Below, piece by piece: positions 13,295 through 25,316 of a stretch of 64,000 bases of DNA. Position 1 is the stretch's first letter; each line of letters starts with the position of its first letter. The stretch spans positions 43,214,001-43,278,000 of the forward strand of contig CM060731.1 in assembly GCA_030704615.1 (NCBI GenBank). The letters are read 5' to 3'. The position numbers and the translations under genes were made by a program. Source of the DNA: Takakia lepidozioides. Taxonomy: Eukaryota; Plantae; Bryophyta. A model generated the notes under the pieces. The model did no database searches. It was not told the DNA's origin and saw only the letters and a list, made by a program, of their open reading frames with translations.

Positions 13295-14945
13295 CATGCT
13301 GTGGGCATATCCTGCGATCATCGCATCCACGACACCACATTTCATTCAGTCACATTGTCAAATACTCCCTTTGCATCCTCAATGCACCCACATTTCGCAT
13401 ACATGTCCACCAGGGCAGTGTCCAGAATGACATTTGGTACAATTCCAGCTTTGATGACGTCACCATGCACATCTGCCCTTTTCCAGGGCTGCCAGGCTTG
13501 CACAAGCATTGCCAACGGACACAAACGTGATGTGGTTGCACTTCCCCCCTTTCCCCATCATTTGCTCATAGGTCTCCAAGGCCTCCATCCCGCACCCCTG
13601 CTGTGCATATCCTGCAAGCATGGCGTTCCAGGACACCAAATCTCGTTCAGCCATATTGTTGAACACTACCTCCGCATCCTCAATGCTCCCACATTTCGCA
13701 TACATGTCCACGAGGGCATTGTTCAGAATCACATTTGGTACAATTCTAGCTTTGGCGATGCAACCATGCACCTCTTTGCCTTTTTCCAGGGCTGCCAGGC
13801 TTGCACACGCACTGCAAACGCACACAAACGTGATGTGGTCGGGCTTCAACCCTTCCCCCATCATTTGCTCATAGGTCTCCAAAGCCTCCATCCCATGCCC
13901 CTATTGTGCCTATCCTGCAAGCATGGCGTTCCACGACACCACATCTCGTTCAGCCATATTGTTGACACTCCCTCCGCATCCTCAATGCTCCCACATTTGG
14001 CATACATGTCCACAAGGGTATTGTCCAGAATCACATCTGGTACAATTCCAGCTTTGGCGATGCAACCATGCACCTCTTTGCCTTTTTCCAGGGCTGCCAG
14101 GCTTGCACACGCACACAAACGTGATGTGGTTGGGCTTCACCCCTTCCCCCATCATTTGCTCATAGGTCTCCAAAGCCTCCATCCCACACCCCTGCTGTCC
14201 ATATCCTGCAATCATCCACGACACCACATTTCGTTCAGCCATACTGTCGAACACTCCCTTTGCATCCTCGATGCACTCACATTTGACATACATGTCCAGC
14301 AGGGCAGTGTTCAGGATGACATCTGGTGCAAATCCAGCTTTGACGATGTCACCATGGACCTCTTTGCACCTTTCCAGGGCTGCCAGGCTTGCACATGCAT
14401 TGCAAATGCAAACAAACGTTATGCGGCACATCAATTGCTCATAGGTCTCCAAAGCCTCCATCCCACGCCCCTGCTGTCCATATCCTGCAATCATCCATGA
14501 CACCACATTTCGTTCAGCCATACTGTCGAACACTCCCTTTGCATCCTCGATGCACTCACATTTGACATACATGTCCAGCAGGGCAGTGTTCAGGATGACA
14601 TCTGGTGCAAATCCAGCTTTGACGATGTCACCATGGACCTCTTTGCACCTTTCCAGGGCTGCCAGGCTTGCATATGCATTGCAAATGCAAACAAACGTTA
14701 TGCGGCACATCAATTGCTCATAGGTCTCCAAAGCCTCCATCCCGCCCCTTGCTGTGCATATCCTGCAATCATCGCACTCCACGACACCACATCTCGTTCA
14801 GCCATACTGTCGAACACTCCCTTTGCATCCTCGATGCACTCACATTTGACATACATGTCCAGCAGGGCAGTGTTCAGGATGACATCTGGTACAAATCCAG
14901 CTTTGACGATGTCACCATGGACCTCTTTGCACCTTTCCAGGGCTG
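13295..14945 (-). pseudogene. Inverted tract of PLS PPR triplets, including a 279-bp tandem triplication
   Basis: Minus-strand ORFs 13460-13891 and 13982-14782 encode repeated P-L-S motifs. Near-identical units begin at 14157, 14436 and 14715 (period 279 bp). Confidence 0.9.
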
Positions 14946-15556
14946 CATGCAGCCACACTGGCCTACTGAATGAAGGAAGACGCTACTTCGATTCCCTGAG
15001 TCAAGATCATGGTGTTACTCTGACAGTAAAGCACTTTGGCTGTATGGTGGACCTTCTTGGACGTGCGGGACAACTGGTGAGGCAGTGGACCTGATTAATA
15101 AAATGCCAATCAATCCAGATGTTGTGGTGTGGAAGGCCTTGCTTGGTGCCTGCAGAATCCATGGCAATGTGGAGATGGCTGAACGTGCGGCAACATCTAT
15201 CCTCAAGTGGGATGAACAGGATGCCGCGACTTATGTGTTGCTATCAAACATCTATGCTGCAGCTGGCAGGTGGGATGATACTGCAAAGGTGAGAAAAATG
15301 ATGAAGGTCAAAGGGGTTAGAAAGGAGCCAGGTCGCTTCTGCATTGAGGTTGGCAATAGGGTGCACACCTTTGTTGTAGATGACAAGTTGCATCCCAGAA
15401 TTAAGGAAATCCATGCTGACCTGAGAAGATTGTCTGGGCAGATGAAGGAGGTGGGGTATGTGCCTGACACGCGCTTTGTATTGCATGATGTGGGGGAGGA
15501 GGAATAGGAATTTTCTCTTTGCCATCACAGTGAGAAGCTGGCCATTGGTTTTGCAC
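14944..15556 (+). pseudogene. C-terminal L2/S2-E1-E2-E+/DYW portion of an organellar RNA-editing factor, truncated
   Basis: [11 protein letters not shown]...[12 protein letters not shown] (frameshift) ...WKALLGACRIHGN...YVLLSNIYA...KEPGRFCIEV...VHTF...GYVPDTRFVLHDV, TAG at 15505-15507, then [10 protein letters not shown]. The CxxC and DYW end is missing. Confidence 0.9.
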
Positions 15557-16839
15557 GACCCCTACGACATCTCCTCCTCCACTGAATTTACAATTGCTAT
15601 CAAACATCTATGCTGCAGCTGGCAGGTGGGATCCATCTGAGCAGCAGAATGTTCTCTCTGCATTTTACCAGCGCCTAACAACAAGCTGTATGTCCCATCA
15701 CATTTCACATGAGCTTGTTTTTCCTTGTACAACAATTTGACACATAGAATAGTTTATATAGCTACCTGTTATGTGCTAACTCTCTTTCTCAAAAAGACAT
15801 GCAGAGAGGAAAGGGAGATTGTCAATGCCCAATGTGAGGGTGGCCTGAAGACAATATCCGTTTTCTGCTACAATGTCCGGGGGTATTCTCATCAGGCTGA
15901 GCCTGACCTCTCTGAACTTGTTTCCAGTCTATGACATGGGAGAGGCAATCATGGATGACCTCAAAGGTTTACCCACCCTCGGCACTAGACTGAAATGTAA
16001 ACTCAGGGGCAACCTGAAGACACAGGGATAGCATTGTGGCCGTGCCCCCAGTCTGGGCGGAACAAGAGCAAACCTTTGTGAGGGGCTCACTCCAGTAGCA
16101 ATATCCATCAACATGACTCGAATATCTCATACGAGCACACTTAAAACAGAAGTTGGGGGCTTAGGAAATAAGCTCTGCTTGCTTTGTGTAATTATGAAAA
16201 GAGCGTTATGAAGGCCAGCCTTGAGATCCTACTAACGAATGAAGAAAGAAAGAAGGTGGGTCTCTTTTGAACATATTCATGAAAGCTCATAGAACAAACT
16301 ACCTTCAATTTCGAAGAGAAATACCCATATCCGCATCAGTTCTTTTTATCAAGACACATTTTGTTCAAAACAATAATATTATTTGTCACTGAGTTTATGT
16401 AGACAACTATTTTTTTTAAGAATGTATCTTCGAATATATTATCTATTATATCAAAATGCTAATGTCCACCGTAAATAATAAAAACTTGGGCATATGTATA
16501 ACTTCAAATAATATGAAAAACAAAATGTTAATGCGGAGAGGCAGACAAAATAAACGATTTGAAATCTACACCAATTGCAAATAAAGATGAAAAAGATATC
16601 ATACATTCATAATCCAAATCCAAAATCTGCTTGTTGTATCAAAATGAGCCACAATCATTACACCGAACAAATGAATCTTGAAATAAAATACAGAGGAAAA
16701 ATACAGAAAATACAAAAATACAGAAAAGGGGTTCCACTCCCCCTCACTTCTTGGGCATAGATAGAGGTAGTTGCATCAAACAATGAAATACAGAGATGTG
16801 ACATACATAGATGTAAGACCATAGTATGACCCACTTAGT

Positions 16840-16915
16840 TCTTAGAATTCGTCACTAGTAATGCGGAGCAACGCGAAGCCCTAGTTCTAGCGACGACCGA
16901 AGGTCGGAAGCTAGT
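16840..16915 (+). mobile_element. Putative Helitron 3' termini (two in tandem)
   Basis: GCGGAGCAACGCGAAGCC-CTAG|T (CTAG 16881-16884), then hairpin CGACC-GAA-GGTCG (16894-16906) followed by CTAG|T (16911-16915). The first ~45 bp recur at 22580-22625. Confidence 0.45.
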
Positions 16916-17330
16916 TTAGCGTAGAGCAGGAATAGGGTGCCATAGTGCCTCGTCATCGTCGCCACATCATCGTCACCACGTTTCGTCATCGTCAATTTTC
17001 GTCGAACCTGCCCGGATTGCCCGAAAATGTCAGTGCAGCTCGAGGAAGGGATGACGATACCAAGCATCCTTGCGCGGAGGGGTTTCATGCAATGTGGTGA
17101 GGGCACCTTCTTCTTCGACCTATTTTAGCCTGTTTTGCCTCTCATCAGACTCGGCCCTGAGATGCCTGTTATCAAAGTCGTCCCTATTCATGTTGAATTC
17201 TGTAAGTTAGTTTGTTGGTGGATCTATGGTGGTTTTGGAGTGATTTTGACATGTTACTGCCAATGTGGCAACAGGAAAGAATCGAAAAACAGATAACAGA
17301 GACGAGGAGAATCACTGGAATGAATACCTA

Positions 17331-18107
17331 TGATTCCCTGTGGAAGATAGCTACAAGAAACCTGCATGGGTAGATGGTCAACTGGAAGCCGCAGCAGCAA
17401 CGGCACAATTGATAAATCAAGCACTGCTAATCAAGGCATTCTTCAACACATTTCACCCTGTTTTTCCCTCTTATCAGAATTGGCCCTAAATTTCCATGCA
17501 ATTGAGCATAGGAACTAGTGTGATAAGTTGAGTTGGGTGTTTCCTCGAAAAAATCTAGGCTATCATTGTCAGCTGCTAGCATCAAGGCAAGGATGTATGC
17601 ATGATTTGTGCATGGATAGCTGAAGGAGCAGGGGATAGAGTGTGGGTCCAGATTCAAGCATTGCTATTGAAGGCACCTTCTTCAACACATTTCACCCTGT
17701 GTTTCCCTCTTAACAGAATCGGCCCTAAATTTCCATGTTGAATTCTGCAAGTTAGCTGGTTGAGTGAATCTAGTTTGGAGTGACCTAGGCACCTCAACCA
17801 CGACCATAGCTTCTGAAAGAGGATCAAGAGAGGGAGTCCACAATGCCTCTTCTGGCACTTCTGGCCGTGTGAAGATGCTTTGTGTGGCAGGTAGTCTGAC
17901 AAAGGCTATGTACAGACTTTAAACCAAGGAGGCATTTCAGATACGTATGTCTGTCTTTTGCTTAAGTGCATCAAGATGGAAGGTCTGGAAGTTGGAAAAC
18001 AAATGCACACTCACATTATCCAAAGTGGATTCCCGCCAAATGTTTTTCCACTCAACACCCTTGTCAACATGTATGTTAAGTGCAGGAACATCATGGATGC
18101 TCACCAT
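17331..18107 (+). pseudogene. 5' leader and N-terminal fragment of the same PPR gene family
   Basis: Encodes ...LLKCIKMEGLEVGKQMHTHIIQSG...NTLVNMYVKC. Blocks of 17331-18010 match the reverse complement of blocks in 21865-22370. Confidence 0.8.
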
Positions 18108-18463
18108 TGTTCTACAGTATGGCTGCTCAACACAGCCCATCTAGAGGCCAATGGTCGGTTTGAAGGCACATGTTGAAGGATTGAACCCAGGATCACTAAC
18201 CGAGCACAAGGCTCATGGGACGGGGGGGGGGGGGGGGGGGGGTGTGTGGGGGGAGGTGGGGAGAAGATCATACCACACCGGACAAGGTTGATTTTTCTTT
18301 ATATATATGCAGTAACTCGTATTAAATCAAGGGAAATAACCTTGGGAGAACTTTAAGGGCTTACCAGAAGGTGGGTAACATACCTGGGGAAAGATATTTT
18401 TTAGTTTGATAGGTGAAACAGCTGTCTGGAGTGTTTTCTGGCTGCTGTATTACCCTGAGATTA

Positions 18464-20360
18464 TTACCAGTAGTCCCCACAAGAACACACCCCATTGTTG
18501 AAGTGATGAAAGCAGATGGCATCCCTTGCAATAATTTCTCGTGCAACAATTTTGGATATCAACTTGGTGCGGCACTCCCCACATACACATAGGTTTTTAA
18601 TGATGCGGATAGGGGTCCTAGGGGGTGTGCTAATGAGCCCAAAAGCTATGGCCAGCTTTTCGCTGTGGTGCTAAAGAGTCTGTTCCTTCATCTGCTGATC
18701 CACATCACGCAACACAAAGCGTGTCTCAGGCACATATCCAGCCTCCTTAATCTGCCATGTCAATCTCTCTAACGCATCTTAGATCTCCTCTGCTTGGTGG
18801 TGAGATCTATCTCCAACGGCAAATGTATACATCTTGTGATTCCACCTTGAAAATACATTCTGCAGCACACTCTGCTAACTCCACATTTCCATAGATTCTG
18901 CAGGCACCAAGCAAGGCCCCCCACACTGAAGCACCTGGTTTGAGTGCCATGTTGGCAATGAAATCTTCTTCATCCAAGCGCCCTGCACGGCCAAGGAGGT
19001 CAACCATGCAGGTGTAGTGCTTTTCTGTTGGTGTAATGCCATGCTCTTGACACATGGATTGAAAATAATGACCACCTTCATCTACAAGGCCCAAATGGCT
19101 GCATGCAGAGAGAACACCAATAAATGTGACCTCATTTGGCTTCACACCAGTTCAAACAGTTGGAGAGCCTCGTGACCATGCCCATGCTGAGCGTATCCTA
19201 TAATCATCCAATCCATGAGACCACATCTGGTTTACGAATTTTGTCAAACACCTCCCGTGCATCCTCTACACTCCCACATTTGGTATACAAATCAATGAGG
19301 GCATTCCTGACGTAGACATCTGACTCACACACAGATTTGATAATGTAGGCATGGACCCACTTGCCCTGTTCCAGGGATGCTTCACACCCTCTCTTTGCAT
19401 TTGTCGAAAGAGTTTGACACATTGAGTGCATCCATCACACTCCTGCACTTGCAATACATACTGACAAGGGCATTCCCGAGTCCAACATCTGACTCAAATT
19501 CAGCTTTGATGATGCTGGCAAGGAGCTGCTTGCCCCGTTCTAAAGCCTCCGGGCCAGCACAAGCGTTGAGGACACTAATAAAGGAGACAATATCTGCCTT
19601 CATGCCTTCTCTTTGCATGCGCTGAAAGAGTTAAAAAGACCATGACCATGCTGAGCAGATCCTGCAATCATAGCAGTCCATGAGAGCCCATCTCGCTTGG
19701 GCATTGCACGTCAAATACTCGGGTGGCATCCGTCAAACTCTCACACCTGCGATACATGCTGACAAGGGCAGTCCCCACAGGGACATCCCCCTCAAGTCCA
19801 GCCTCAATGCACGCACATTTTGCATACATGTCCACCAGGGCAGTGTTCAGGATGACATCTGGTTCAATTCCAGCTTTGACAGTGTCACCATGGACCTCTT
19901 TCCCCTTTTCCAGAGCTCCCAGGCTTGCACACGCATTACAAACAAAAACAAACGTTATGTGGTTGGGCTTCACCCCTTCGCACATCATTTGCTCATAGGT
20001 CTCCAAAGCCTCCATCCCGTGCATACATGTCCACCAGGGCAGTGTTCAGGATGATATCTGGTACAATTCCAGCTTTGACGATGTCACCATGGACCTCTTT
20101 CCCCTTTTCCAGAGCTCCCAGGCGTGCACGCGCATTGCAAGAAAAAACAAACGTTATGTGGTTGGGCTTCACCCCTTCGTACATCATTTGCTCATAGGTC
20201 TCCAAAGCCTCCATCCCGCACCCTTGTTGTGCATAGCCTGCAATCATCGCACTCCACGACACCACATCTCATTCAGCCATACTTTCGAGCACTCCCTTTC
20301 CTTGATGCACGCACATTTGACATACATTTCCACCAGGGCAGTGTTCAGAATGACATCTGC
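18464..20360 (-). pseudogene. PLS-PPR-E-DYW (C-to-U editing factor type) pseudogene
   Basis: PPR repeats, then KPNEVTFIGVLSACSHLGLVDEG...WGALLGACRIYGN, a deletion of E2/PG box, and DRSH...GYVPETRFVLRDV...[33 protein letters not shown]...[15 protein letters not shown] (stop 18464-18466). Two in-frame stops lie in the DYW domain. Confidence 0.93.
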
Positions 20361-20804
20361 ATTCACCTTTTGCCTTGGTTGTCCCACCATTGACTGGGGT
20401 CAGAGAAGTATTCATTCCACAGCTTCTCTTCATCTCTGTTACCTGTTTTTGGATAGTTTCCTGTTGTCACATTGGCAGTATCATGTCAAAGTCACTGCAA
20501 ACTAGATTCACTCAACCAGCTAACTCGCAGAATTCAACATGGAAATTTAGGGCCGATTCTGATTAGAGGGAAAAACAGGGCGAAATGTGTTGAAGAAGGG
20601 CCTTCATTAGCAGTGCCTTCATGAAGCCTTAACCCCATGGGAACTCTGGAAATCTTCATATTTGAAAAATGGGGCACATTAGATGTGTTAATATTTCACT
20701 GGAGATTCCAGTTCCTCGGACACCTGACTATCAGTGGGAACAGTCGCTCCAAAACTACTAAGGTGATGCCCGCAACAGTTGAACACCATACAAATTGAGC
20801 AACT

Positions 20805-22370
20805 TAGGATAATGTGAGTGTGCACCTGCTTTGTCACAGGGTGCACATGTTCACCAGGGCAGTGTACAATTCCAGCTTTGACGATGTCACCATGGACCTC
20901 TTTGCCCTTTCCAGGGCTGCCAGGCTTGCACAGGCATTGCAAACGGAAACAAACGTGATGTGGTCGGGCTTTCAGCCCTTCCCCCATCATTTGCTCATAG
21001 GTTTCCAAAGACTCCATCACGCGCCCTTGCTATGCATACCCTGCAATCATCGCACTCCACAACACCAAATCTCGTTCAACCATACTGTCAAACACTCCCT
21101 CCGCATCCTCGATGCACCCACATTTTGCATACATATCCACAAGGGTATTGTTCAGAATCACATCTGGTACAGTTCCAGCTTTTGCGATGCAACCATGCAC
21201 CACTTTGCCCTTTTCCAGGGCTGCCAGGCTTGCAAATGCACAGACCTGATGTGGTCGGGCTTCACCCCTTCCACCATCATTTGCTCACACGTCTCCAAAG
21301 CCTCCATCCCGCGCCCCTGCTGTGCATACCCTGCAAGCATCGCATTCCACGACACCACATTTCATTCAACCATATTGTTGAACACTGCCTTTGCATCCTT
21401 GATGCTCCAACATTTGGCATACATGTCCACGAGGGCATTGTTCAGAATGACATCGGGTACAATTCCAGCTCTGACAATGTCGAAGTGGGCCTCTTTGCCC
21501 TTTTCCAGAGCTGCCAGGCTTGCACACGCATTGCAAACACACACAAACGTGATGTGGTTGGGCTTCACCCCTTCCCCCATCATTTGCTCATAGGTCTCCA
21601 CAGCCTCCACCCCACGTCCCTGCTGTGCATACCCTGCAAGCATCGCGCTCCACGACACCACATCTCGTTCAGCCATATTGTTGAAAACTGCCTTGCATCC
21701 TTAATGCACCCACATTTGGCATACATGTCCACTAGAGCAGTGTTCAGAATGACATCTGGTACAATTCCAGATTTGACGATGTCATCATGAACCTCTTTCC
21801 CCTTTTCCAAGGCTCGCACATGTATTGCAAACACAAACAAACGTGATGTGGATGGGCTTCACCCCTTGTGTGCACCTGCTTTCCAGCTTCAAGGCCTTTC
21901 ATCTTGATGCACTTATGCAAGAGACAGACATATGTATCTGAATCTGCTGAAATTCCTCCTTGGTTTAAAGTCTGTAGATCCTCTTTCAGTCTGCCTGCCT
22001 CACAAAGCATCTTCACATGTGCCAGAAGAGGCATTGTGGACTCCCTCTCTTGATCCTCTTCCAGAAGCTGTGGTCAGGGTTGAGGTGCCTGATTTTATCA
22101 ACTGTACCGCTGCAGCTGCTGCCTTTAATTAACCATCTACGCATGCAGGTTTCTTGTAGCTATTGATCCATAGGAAATCATACGTAATCTTGTGCTTGAA
22201 ATCTGGCCCTCTTGGATATCTGGACCCACACTCTATCCCTTCTCCTTCAGCTATCCATGCTTCTGCACAAATCATACATTCATCTTTGCCCTTGCTGCTA
22301 GCAGCTGACAATGACAGCCTAGATTTGTTCTAGGAAACACCCAATCACACTAGTTCCTATGCTGAATTGA
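20805..22370 (-). pseudogene. 5' leader and N-terminal PLS-PPR repeats, degenerate
   Basis: HVKMLCEAGRLKEDLQTLNQGGISADSDTYVCLLHKCIKMKGLEAGKQVH followed by several P-L-S triplets with frameshifts. Confidence 0.88.
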
Positions 22371-22579
22371 TTCATTGGACATTAAAGAAAATTTACCTTT
22401 ATCTTTATCAAAGAGGTTATTTTCTCCTCAACCATAATGAAGGCCCTGATTTGTGAGAAGTAGCTTCCCGTTTTTTCTTTTCTTTTGTTTCTTTTCTTTC
22501 TTTTGAAAGTCTTAGGTGTCTACCTATGGTAATGCACCATGGGAATGACCCACCCCTTTTTGTGGAAATTGAACATAGG

Positions 22580-22625
22580 TCTTAGAATTCGTCGCCAGTA
22601 GTGCGGAGCAACGCGAAGCCCTAGT
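22580..22625 (+). mobile_element. Second copy of the putative Helitron-like 3' end
   Basis: tcttagaattcgtcgccagtagtgcggagcaacgcgaagccCTAGT, nearly identical to 16840-16885. Confidence 0.45.
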
Positions 22626-23718
22626 AAGGTAATGGCAGAATGTAGGGTGAAATGTGAGGGGATATTTGACAACCAGCATGTAGCCCACTGGTAATGAGCA
22701 CATACAACGTTGGATGTGGTTGTGGGTTCAAACCACGGTCTGGTGTGTCATGAAGGTGTCCACCTTTCAGCTGAAGGCAATTGCCCTTGTGGTGAAGAGA
22801 AGCCATAAGTTACGCTCCCTTCGGGAGGCGTCATACATTTTTTTTTTGAGGGGTATAAACGTATTAACTTATCTTCCGAAAGTTGACCCGATGAAGATGA
22901 CTAGAAGAAGAGCAACAAGGAGATGATCTTTGTACAATGAAGAGCAAGGATGTTGACCCATGACCATTTGGTTGGAGTGTTTGAGCTTCATAGGGCCACC
23001 CATGACGAAGGGTCTATATAATCACATTCTACACGAGACCTATTGGAACCCCAACAACAATAATTGGAAGTTTCCAATTTGAACAAGTCACATCCTAGAG
23101 TATGAGAGAAGTGCGACCAGGTGTGAGAGTAGCTAATTACTAATTACGGTTGATGACATAAAATTGATTGGATGTTTATTTGTGCATAGAGATGAAAAAC
23201 AAAACTTCAGTTGTTATGTTAATTTGAAAATCATCCATCAATTTTGTTCTTTATAAAATCTCCAAGGATTCTAGATCTGAAAATTAGTGTGACAGAACTC
23301 AATGGCATCACTTAGGACATGATATAAGAGTCTGGAAGTGTTCCACTCTATCAGTGAGCATCAATAAATCAGATGCTATTTATCTCTATCCTGTTGGAAA
23401 CTATACATTCTTTGCAACATTGTATATTGACATGTACATGAAATGTTTCTCTCATATATTGCTGTCTGATGAATCTACCCATCCTTATCCTCACCATACA
23501 ATTTGCTGTTCTGAAATTGCTCTGAAGTCCACATCAACAATGATCTCCTTCCCCTGCCCCGAAGGGTTCTCATCCGCCACCCTTTGCATCTTCTCCTGCA
23601 GGGTTGTTCATTCAAATTGATATAAGAGAGAGGCAAGAAACGATGGTGTTTGGAGCATGGCAGACAGGCCCTTTGTGGCCCAATCTCTCATCAGAAAACA
23701 AGCAGTGTGGGGGCCGAA

Positions 23719-23868
23719 AACAGTGTGCGTTGCCGCACACTGTTGCAGCTTCCAAATAGGGGTGTTTTGAACATGACATTTGGCCCTATGTGGCACATTA
23801 CCACATAAAAAAACAGGCAGAGAGGGGGCCAAGAAGGGGGCACAAACAGTGTGCGTTGCCGCACACTG
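23719..23868. repeat. Two copies of a perfect hairpin CAGTGTGCG-TTGC-CGCACACTG
   Basis: 23721-23742 (stem extends to 11 bp with flanking AA/TT) and 23847-23868. Confidence 0.8.
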
Positions 23869-25316
23869 GCTTGAAGGAGCAAGAGAGCCCTAAAGTGTCA
23901 CCTGTGCCTATAGGATAGTGTTCTTTGATATTAGGTTGGGGGGTGATAAAACGATCAAAGATACAGACCTTCAGATTAAATATGATGAGTGGTCTTGACA
24001 TGGATTTCTGATGTCCACATGAATCTTGTTGGATTTTATTTCCTCAATTATTCTTTGATGGAACAGTGTCCAGATATCTCACATTTCTTGTTGTATTAGT
24101 GGTTTCATTTGAAACCCTTGAGCTAGTGTCATTGGAGTTGCTGCTTGAGTCAACATGTACCCAAGCGTTATAAAATGGAGTGAATGTGGGAATGAATTGT
24201 TTGCCAAGTGTTCATCCATGCTCACATTGGTCAAGTTGAGGTATGTGTTATTTGCTTCTTGATGTGCATTAAGCACAGGAACTTGCAAGTGCTCTGCATT
24301 TTCCTTGTCTAGCTGCCATATGGAAAATCTGACCCTGACCCTTCTATTGGGTTATGGGTTGCTTGGGACTACAATAGTTTGAAGGTTGTGTTCTCATTCG
24401 TCATTTCTTGGATTTTATGAATTTTTGAGAGATCTCCCGGACCGACAGAGATGTCTCAAAATCTCTCTGACTAGCAGAAGTGGACAAGAGCCCTTCTGTG
24501 ACATAGAAAGATAGCTCCCGTTGTGGTATTGTGATGGTGGACACAAGAAATCAAAGCACAGATTCTTCCTATGCCAAAGCGTGGCACAGGAGAGTGTACT
24601 GCTCAACAATTTGGATGTGTTTCAGAAAGCCCAATTCAGCTGCCAAGCAGTGAGGGGGCAGTTTCAATACTGTCTCAGAGATGCAGAGACTAAAGTTAGC
24701 CTTGCTGGAATGGTGGGCTGCTGTTGGGCACTTCACCCCTGTTTTCGGCTAACTGTGAGTTTGGCTTGACTCTTGAGTTTCAGAGATTGGAAAACTATTC
24801 AATGCTATGTTGGCTGTTGCAATTGCCACCAAAGCTCCCTGGATACTGGAATAAACACATATAATGTTCAATCTGTGACAATCCATTTACAAAAGACAGA
24901 TTTTAACTTAATGCAAATTTGTGTGATTCCTTCTCTAGATGTTACCGTTTGAATACGTTATTTTTTTACCGACCCTATGTGACACTCACAATGTGACAAT
25001 TGCAAGACATGCCACCAACAAAGAATTCGTGCCTAAGACTCACTCTGCCAATCTGTTGCTGTTCCTCTAGCTCAAGTATGAGTGGAGGGGGATAGTTTAA
25101 GAGCAGTAGTCTTCAGGGGTAGGTACGACACTCTATTTATTAGTCCTGTGAAAGTGAGAAGACGCAGACCGACGTTTTCGTTTGCAAGTTCTACAGGGAC
25201 TCTCTCGGAAAATATCTGTAAACAAGCTGCTGCAGAAGTACAACCACAATCATGGGGTTCAGTATTTCGAACTGAATGCAAGCCATCCCGTAGGTTTCTC
25301 TGCCAACAACGAAACT

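Noticed and set aside
13301-14500. 399-aa + strand ORF (also 20814-21593 and 20960-21790)
   Set aside because: Antisense shadows of minus-strand PPR repeats; His/Leu-rich with no independent motif.
18223-18243. Poly-G run (also poly-A at 46982-47006 and poly-G at ~54136-54149)
   Set aside because: Simple homopolymers of uncertain length with no associated structure.
15320-18800. U-to-C editing (DYW:KP / GRP type) deaminase
   Set aside because: Both domains have HSEKLA, one has a PG box and the other ends in DYW, which is the ordinary C-to-U type.
23470-23600. Minus-strand peptide GKEIIVDVDFR resembling DUF506/PDDEXK-like proteins
   Set aside because: Too short, with no supporting exons recognised.
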